Part shown: piece after piece, positions 58,571 to 64,000 of the stretch
How the letters are laid out: every line of letters begins with the position of its first letter
Position numbering within the stretch: position 1 is the stretch's first letter
Virus record (IMG/VR): IMGVR_UViG_3300020161_002395
Coordinates: 100,711 to 164,710 of that record
DNA from: a virus
Taxonomy: Duplodnaviria > Caudoviricetes
Strand: one strand, 5' to 3'
Length of the DNA: 64,000 nucleotides
The notes under the pieces: generated by a model
Databases searched by the model: none
Seen by the model: the letters and a program-made list of their open reading frames with translations, nothing else
What the model was told of the DNA's origin: nothing
Program-made: the position numbers and the translations under genes

Positions 58571-61500
58571 ATGTCAAACATATTAAAAGAATTCAACGTA
58601 AAACATGGTGCACTGATCGGTACCAATAATGCCAATTATATTCAAGTAATGGGATCAGCATCTGGTAATTCAGTTGCAATTAATGCAATTGGTAGTGATA
58701 CTGATATTAGTATCTCATTGGTTCCAAAAGGCAATGGAACAGTTAATGTCCCATTAGCACAAGCTATTATGCCCCTTGGCACAGCGAATGGGGTATTATA
58801 TTTAGATGCATCTAAATCTATAACATCTGGTACTGGTCTTACATTCACTGGAACTAATCTCGGTATAGGAACCACAACACCATCAACCAAATTGGAAGTA
58901 ACTGGTGATATAAAAATATCTAATACGACTGAAATTTTAACTAAAACTGATGGTGTAGAAGGTTGGAGTTATCGGGCAATATTTAACCAAAGCGGTCAAG
59001 AAAATGCTGCTGGTGGTGTTAGTATGAGTGCTGATGGAACTAATTTATATGTTGTAGGAACTACTAATGATACTGTTTATCAATATCCAGTAATAACACC
59101 ATATGATATTTCTACTGCTACTACTGTTGGATTAAAATCTTATTCAGTCACTAGCACTGCTGGAGTTCCTGTTAATATATTTTTTAAACCAGATGGCACT
59201 GCATTTTATATTCTTAATGATTCAACAACTGAATCTGTTCAAAGATTTAATTTATCCACGGCTTGGGATGTATCAACTGCAACTTATGTGAATTCGTATG
59301 CATTTACTATAGAAACTTCACCAGCAGGATTAGAATTTAGTCCTGATGGATTGAGAATGCATATTGTTGGAACAACTAATGATACGGTTTATCAATTTGC
59401 ACTATCTACAGCATGGGATTTAAGCACTGCAGCAACTACTGAAACTTATACATTTAGTGTAACTGCATTTGAAAGTGCCCCATCTGGTATTGGATTTAAT
59501 TCAACTGGGACAATAATGTATATTGTTGGAATTACCAATGATTGTATAATCCAATATAATTTATCAACTGCATGGAATATTACAACAGCAGTATATAGCC
59601 AAAGATTACCATTAATAACAAGTGGATTTACTGTCAATGCTCCACGTGACATTTATGTTGATTTAGCTAATAATGTAATGTTAATAGTTGATGATGGCGC
59701 TGATAGGGTTTTTCAATATAATACAAATACTAATGCATTAAAAATAATTGGTAATCAAGTAATAGTTAATCCTAAAACAGTGTTTAATAATGAAGTTCAT
59801 GTTCAAGGTCTAACTAGATTTATTGGTAATATTGAAGCTAGTAATGCATTAACAGTAAGTGGAACATTTACAGTAAACGGAACTCCGACACTCGCTGGAG
59901 CAACAACAAGTGGAACAACACTTGGAACTGCTGCAACAACTGGGACAACAATTATTGGTGGATCAAGTCAGACTGGTACTATTACAGTTGGACAGTCTAC
60001 TGTATCCCAAACATTAAACTTTGGGACTGGTGCGACTACATCAGTATCAACTAAAACTATTAATATTGGAACTAATGGTGTTGCATCTTCTATTACTAAT
60101 ATTAATATCGGTTCAACCACTAGTACATCAACTGCCACAATCAATGCAACGACTACTATCAATGGTAGCGCCACAGTTTCTGGATCTCTTGGACGTGTAT
60201 CATTAGCTACAGGTTCAGGTGGTAACATTTCAATAGGAAGACAAGATGGTGTTGCATCTTCCCCATATCTTGATTTTAATACTGGTTCTACACTTGTTGA
60301 TTATGATTCTCGTATTATTGCATATGGTGGTAATGGGGTTGTTGGAAATGGTAATATAGCCATTTTATCTGCTGGGGTTGGTATTGGCATACAAACACCT
60401 GAATCTAAATTACATATTAGAAATGATGTAGATGGAACCACTCAGACTATTATTCAGAATAGAAATGCAACTGGTACACCCTTATCGGCATTAACATTTA
60501 TTTCTGGAGCATTTGATTATGCGGATTCGAGATATGCACAGATTGTTTCAGGTGGTGGTTCCTCCAATTATATAGCATTTTCAACTAGCAAAGGTGCTGC
60601 ACCTACCGAAAAAATTCGTATCGACTCCTCCGGCAACCTCGGTTTGGGTGTTACGTCACCTGTATCTGATAGTTTATCTATAACTCAATATAAAAATCTT
60701 TCTTGGGTTTGGTCTGATGGTGCTAATTATGCAAACATATTTAACCAAACCAGTTCAGCTTCCTTGATTTTAGCCAGTGGATATAAATTATCTAGTACGA
60801 CAAATGGCTTTGCCAGTAGTTTTGGTGGAGCTTGGTCTAAATCTGCAATAGAAGTTGGTGGTGGTGGGGCAATAAGATTCTTTGTTGACCCTGAAACAAC
60901 TGTTTCTGTAGGTACTGATATTTCACCAACAGAACGTATGCGTATCGACTCCTCTGGTAACGTGGGGATTGGAACAACCGGTACTGTGAGTGCTAAATTG
61001 GAAGTGAATGGAACCGTTAAATTCCCGAGCGTTGGAACTAGTGGGCTTGTTGGTTTAGGCGCAGGTGGCTTGTTGAGTTCCGTAACAATTGGGTCTGGAT
61101 TAGATTTAACAAGTGACACATTGACTTCAACTTATTCATATACTCTACCAACTGCATCTACAACAGTATTGGGTGGTGTTAAAGTTGATGGTACATCAAT
61201 TACAATTAATGGTAGTGGGGTTATTAGTGGAGCATCAACCTATACTCTACCAACTGCATCTACAACAGTATTGGGTGGTGTTAAAGTTGATGGTACATCA
61301 ATTACAATTAATGGTAGTGGGGTTATTAGTGCATCTGCCACTGTAAGTATTACTGATGATACATCGACAAGTGCAACATATTATCCTGTGTTCTCAACTA
61401 CCAGTTCTGGTAGCCAAACTTTAAAGGTATCATCGACTAAATTGCAGTTTAACCCAAGTACTGGTACGATGTATTCCACTATATTCCAATCATTATCTGA

Positions 61501-61777
61501 TGCATCATTAAAAACTAACATAACAGCAATTGATAATCCTTTTTCTATATTAGAATTATCAGGGGTTAAATATGATTGGGTAGATGGAAGTGGTACTCAA
61601 TACGGATTCATAGCGCAAGAAGTAGAAAAAATAATTCCTGAATTAGTTGGATTTAATGGTGAATATAAGAGTGTAAATTATAATGGTGTTATACCATTCT
61701 TGGTCGAAACTGTTAAAAAACAGCAATCAGTAATTGAAGATTTAATTAGTCGGATTGAAAAATTGGAGAATAAATAA
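58571..61777 (+). CDS. Tail fibre with beta-propeller repeats and a C-terminal intramolecular chaperone (peptidase S74-like)
   Basis: 'GIGTTTPSTKLEV', repeats 'F.PDG..MY.VG..ND.V.Q..LSTAWD.STA', 'RIDSSGN', 'SDASLKTNI...YGFIAQEVEKIIPELV'. Confidence 0.82.
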   Translation: MSNILKEFNVKHGALIGTNNANYIQVMGSASGNSVAINAIGSDTDISISLVPKGNGTVNVPLAQAIMPLGTANGVLYLDASKSITSGTGLTFTGTNLGIGTTTPSTKLEVTGDIKISNTTEILTKTDGVEGWSYRAIFNQSGQENAAGGVSMSADGTNLYVVGTTNDTVYQYPVITPYDISTATTVGLKSYSVTSTAGVPVNIFFKPDGTAFYILNDSTTESVQRFNLSTAWDVSTATYVNSYAFTIETSPAGLEFSPDGLRMHIVGTTNDTVYQFALSTAWDLSTAATTETYTFSVTAFESAPSGIGFNSTGTIMYIVGITNDCIIQYNLSTAWNITTAVYSQRLPLITSGFTVNAPRDIYVDLANNVMLIVDDGADRVFQYNTNTNALKIIGNQVIVNPKTVFNNEVHVQGLTRFIGNIEASNALTVSGTFTVNGTPTLAGATTSGTTLGTAATTGTTIIGGSSQTGTITVGQSTVSQTLNFGTGATTSVSTKTINIGTNGVASSITNINIGSTTSTSTATINATTTINGSATVSGSLGRVSLATGSGGNISIGRQDGVASSPYLDFNTGSTLVDYDSRIIAYGGNGVVGNGNIAILSAGVGIGIQTPESKLHIRNDVDGTTQTIIQNRNATGTPLSALTFISGAFDYADSRYAQIVSGGGSSNYIAFSTSKGAAPTEKIRIDSSGNLGLGVTSPVSDSLSITQYKNLSWVWSDGANYANIFNQTSSASLILASGYKLSSTTNGFASSFGGAWSKSAIEVGGGGAIRFFVDPETTVSVGTDISPTERMRIDSSGNVGIGTTGTVSAKLEVNGTVKFPSVGTSGLVGLGAGGLLSSVTIGSGLDLTSDTLTSTYSYTLPTASTTVLGGVKVDGTSITINGSGVISGASTYTLPTASTTVLGGVKVDGTSITINGSGVISASATVSITDDTSTSATYYPVFSTTSSGSQTLKVSSTKLQFNPSTGTMYSTIFQSLSDASLKTNITAIDNPFSILELSGVKYDWVDGSGTQYGFIAQEVEKIIPELVGFNGEYKSVNYNGVIPFLVETVKKQQSVIEDLISRIEKLENK
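61139..61331 (+). repeat. Exact 91-bp direct repeat, 102-bp period
   Basis: YTLPTASTTVLGGVKVDGTSITINGSGVIS x2 (61139-61229, 61241-61331). Confidence 0.9.
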
Positions 61778-62955
61778 TGTCTGGTTTTAATTCACCTATT
61801 ACAGGTGATTTTGATAAGTATTTTATGACCACCACTGATCTAATTGAACGCTATGCTACCGGTGGATTATGGGGATGGGGGTATAATGGTTGGGGACAAC
61901 TTGGTGATAGCACCCTGGTTGAAAAAGTCAGTCCAGTACAAACCATAGCAGGTGGAAATAATTGGAAACAAGTTTCATGTGGTGAAAATCATACTGTAGC
62001 AATCAAGACTGATGGTACTTTATGGAATTGGGGTATTAATAATAATGGTGCTTTAGGTAATAGCACTACATCTCATAAATCCAGTCCAATACAAACCATT
62101 ACAGGTGGTAATAATTGGAAACAGGTAGCATGTGGTTATAATTTTACCGCAGCAATCAAGACCGATGGTACGTTATGGACTTGGGGTTATAATGCTGATG
62201 GACAATTAGGTGATAGTACCATTGTCAATAAAAGTTCACCAGTTCAGACCATAGCAGGTGGAGCTAATTGGAAACAAGTTGCTTGTGGTAATTATCATAC
62301 CGCAGCAATTAAAACTGATGGTACTTTATGGCTTTGGGGATATAACTTTAGCGGTGCTTTAGGTGATAGCACACATATTATTAAATCCAGTCCAATACAA
62401 ACCATTGCAGGTGGAAATAATTGGAAACAAGTTGCTTGTGGGTTTGTGCATACAGCAGCAATCAAAACTGATGGTACTTTATGGACTTGGGGTAATGGAG
62501 GGGCTGGCCAAATTGGTGATAGCACGATAGGAGTACCTAGATCTAGTCCAGTTCAGACCATAGTAGGTGGCAATAATTGGAAACAAGTTGCATGTGGTAG
62601 TGAATGTACCGCAGCAATAAAGACCGATGGTACTTTATGGAATTGGGGTGGTAATGCCTATGGACAACTTGGTGATAGCACTCTGATTAAAAAATCCAAC
62701 CCAGTGCAAACCATTGCAGGTGGAACTAATTGGAAACAAGTTGCATGTAGTATATATAATACCGCAGCAATCAAGACCGATGGTACTTTATGGAATTGGG
62801 GTTATAATTTTTATGGGCAACTTGGTGATAGCACTATAGCTAATAAATCCAGTCCAATCCAAACCATTGCAGGTGGAACTAATTGGAAACAAGTTGCTTG
62901 TGGTAATTATCATACCGTCGCAACACAATATTCAGAGATAGGACAAGTATTATAA
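61777..62955 (+). CDS. RCC1/BLIP-II-like 7-bladed beta-propeller
   Basis: Seven ~53-aa repeats 'LW.WG.N..GQLGDST....SSPVQTIAGG.NWKQVACG...TAAIKTDGT'. Confidence 0.88.
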   Translation: MSGFNSPITGDFDKYFMTTTDLIERYATGGLWGWGYNGWGQLGDSTLVEKVSPVQTIAGGNNWKQVSCGENHTVAIKTDGTLWNWGINNNGALGNSTTSHKSSPIQTITGGNNWKQVACGYNFTAAIKTDGTLWTWGYNADGQLGDSTIVNKSSPVQTIAGGANWKQVACGNYHTAAIKTDGTLWLWGYNFSGALGDSTHIIKSSPIQTIAGGNNWKQVACGFVHTAAIKTDGTLWTWGNGGAGQIGDSTIGVPRSSPVQTIVGGNNWKQVACGSECTAAIKTDGTLWNWGGNAYGQLGDSTLIKKSNPVQTIAGGTNWKQVACSIYNTAAIKTDGTLWNWGYNFYGQLGDSTIANKSSPIQTIAGGTNWKQVACGNYHTVATQYSEIGQVL

Positions 62956-63644
62956 TGTATTTATTAATAGAAAAAACACACGATGGTATGGATTTTGTTC
63001 ATCTAGGACCAATGAATTGGAGACCTAGCTTTTTCCAATCTTGTTTACGAGACGATTTGGAAATAGAATTCAATGTGCCATTATCAAACGACACAAATGA
63101 AGCAATAATTATTAATGAAATTGCTAGAATTATCCCAGTAACCGATATCGGACTAACAACAGAATATAATCCAAAAATTCAAAGATTAGTTGGACCAAAA
63201 TATAATTTCTTTGACACCTATGCTGAAATGTATCACGATGTTGAAAATAAGCCAATCGAAGTCGTAAAAGAAGAATTGAAACCTATTATTGCTGCTAACC
63301 GTTATCGATATGAAACAATGGGTATTGTTGTTGATATCCAAGGTAAATCTCTATCGATTTTAACAACACGCGAAGATCGTGGGTTATATTTACAAGCATA
63401 TCAACTAGGTAAGGATAATATAAATTGGAAATTTAGAAGTGATTTTTTAACATTATCTAATACTGAACTCGGTACTATTGTTGAAGCTGTTGCAAATCAT
63501 GTACAGAGTGCATTTGATTGGGAATCATCTAAAATACAAGAAATCGATATTGCTACAACATTAGCAGAATTAAATGAATTAAAATTGGTTTCTGATAATG
63601 TAATATGGGAACCAATAATCAATACACCATCTGGAATTATCTAA
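62955..63644 (+). CDS. Tail-fibre-associated protein (DUF4376-like C-terminus)
   Basis: 'IAANRYRYETMGI...NWKF...HVQSAFDWE...I....TLAEL'. Confidence 0.6.
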   Translation: MYLLIEKTHDGMDFVHLGPMNWRPSFFQSCLRDDLEIEFNVPLSNDTNEAIIINEIARIIPVTDIGLTTEYNPKIQRLVGPKYNFFDTYAEMYHDVENKPIEVVKEELKPIIAANRYRYETMGIVVDIQGKSLSILTTREDRGLYLQAYQLGKDNINWKFRSDFLTLSNTELGTIVEAVANHVQSAFDWESSKIQEIDIATTLAELNELKLVSDNVIWEPIINTPSGII

Positions 63645-64000
63645 TGGCTACTAATTTTAATGAAAGTGGTGGCACTGATTTAACTACTAAATTTGTGACC
63701 AAAAATTACTTAATCGATGTTTATCCATACTTAAATGGATTAGGTAATAACATTAAAATGGCCGGATTATGGACATGGGGTTATAATGGATATGGTCAAC
63801 TTGGTGATAGCACCATAACACATAGAAGTTCACCAGTTCAGACCATCGCAGGTGGAACTAATTGGAAACAAGTTGCATGTGGTGAATATAATACCGCAGC
63901 GATCAAGACCGATGGTACATTATGGACATGGGGTTCTAATATTTATGGGCAACTAGGTGATAGTACAAATGTTGCTAAATCCAGTCCAGTACAAACCATA
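63644..64000 (+). CDS. Second RCC1-repeat protein (partial)
   Basis: ATG in a TAATG overlap; MATNF...GLWTWGYNGYGQLGDST... in the same repeat framework; runs off the window. Confidence 0.85.
   Translation, partial: MATNFNESGGTDLTTKFVTKNYLIDVYPYLNGLGNNIKMAGLWTWGYNGYGQLGDSTITHRSSPVQTIAGGTNWKQVACGEYNTAAIKTDGTLWTWGSNIYGQLGDSTNVAKSSPVQTI

Noticed and set aside
53894-61119. Many short antisense ORFs (also across 1136-21695 and 31098-37816)
   Set aside because: Shadows of codon bias in Thr/Gly/Ala- or Asp/Glu-rich sense genes; no RBS or motifs.
61860-62920. CRISPR array or DGR variable/template pair
   Set aside because: The repeats are in-frame protein repeats with synonymous variation; no cas or RT gene and no non-coding template copy in the window.
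1-64000. Stop-codon reassignment (no accepted gene ends in TAG)
   Set aside because: Long genes are intact in the standard code without in-frame TAG or TGA; TAA preference is expected at this AT content.

Overview
AT-rich segment of a large T4-like myovirus (probably jumbo-sized), read in the standard genetic code. It carries most of the virion morphogenesis region. A leftward baseplate operon (1-22993) encodes a 4520-aa giant structural protein and gp6-, gp25-, gp5-, hub-, gp53- and tube-initiator-like proteins. A rightward block driven by sigma70-type promoters encodes the gp55 late sigma factor, gp47/gp46, a NUMOD3 homing endonuclease, a hypothetical protein and a PD-(D/E)XK resolvase, and is followed by ~500 nt of non-coding sequence rich in complementary helices. 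Next come a gp26-like chaperone with an apparent -1 frameshift extension, a tape-measure-like gene, an intein-containing portal, core and scaffold proteins, a prohead protease locus interrupted by an endonuclease cassette that supplies a recoded replacement 5' end, and the major capsid protein. The rest is an array of fibre/appendage genes ending in RCC1-repeat paralogues. Best leads: (1) the large structured RNA or origin-like element at 28313-28810; (2) the self-repairing homing-endonuclease cassette in the protease gene; (3) the G/GT-like frameshift at 30104-30113; (4) helical repeats with a phycobiliprotein-like CxRD motif in two virion proteins; (5) RCC1 propellers with a constant framework and hypervariable positions. 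All assignments come from motif recognition and synteny by eye; no database search was run.
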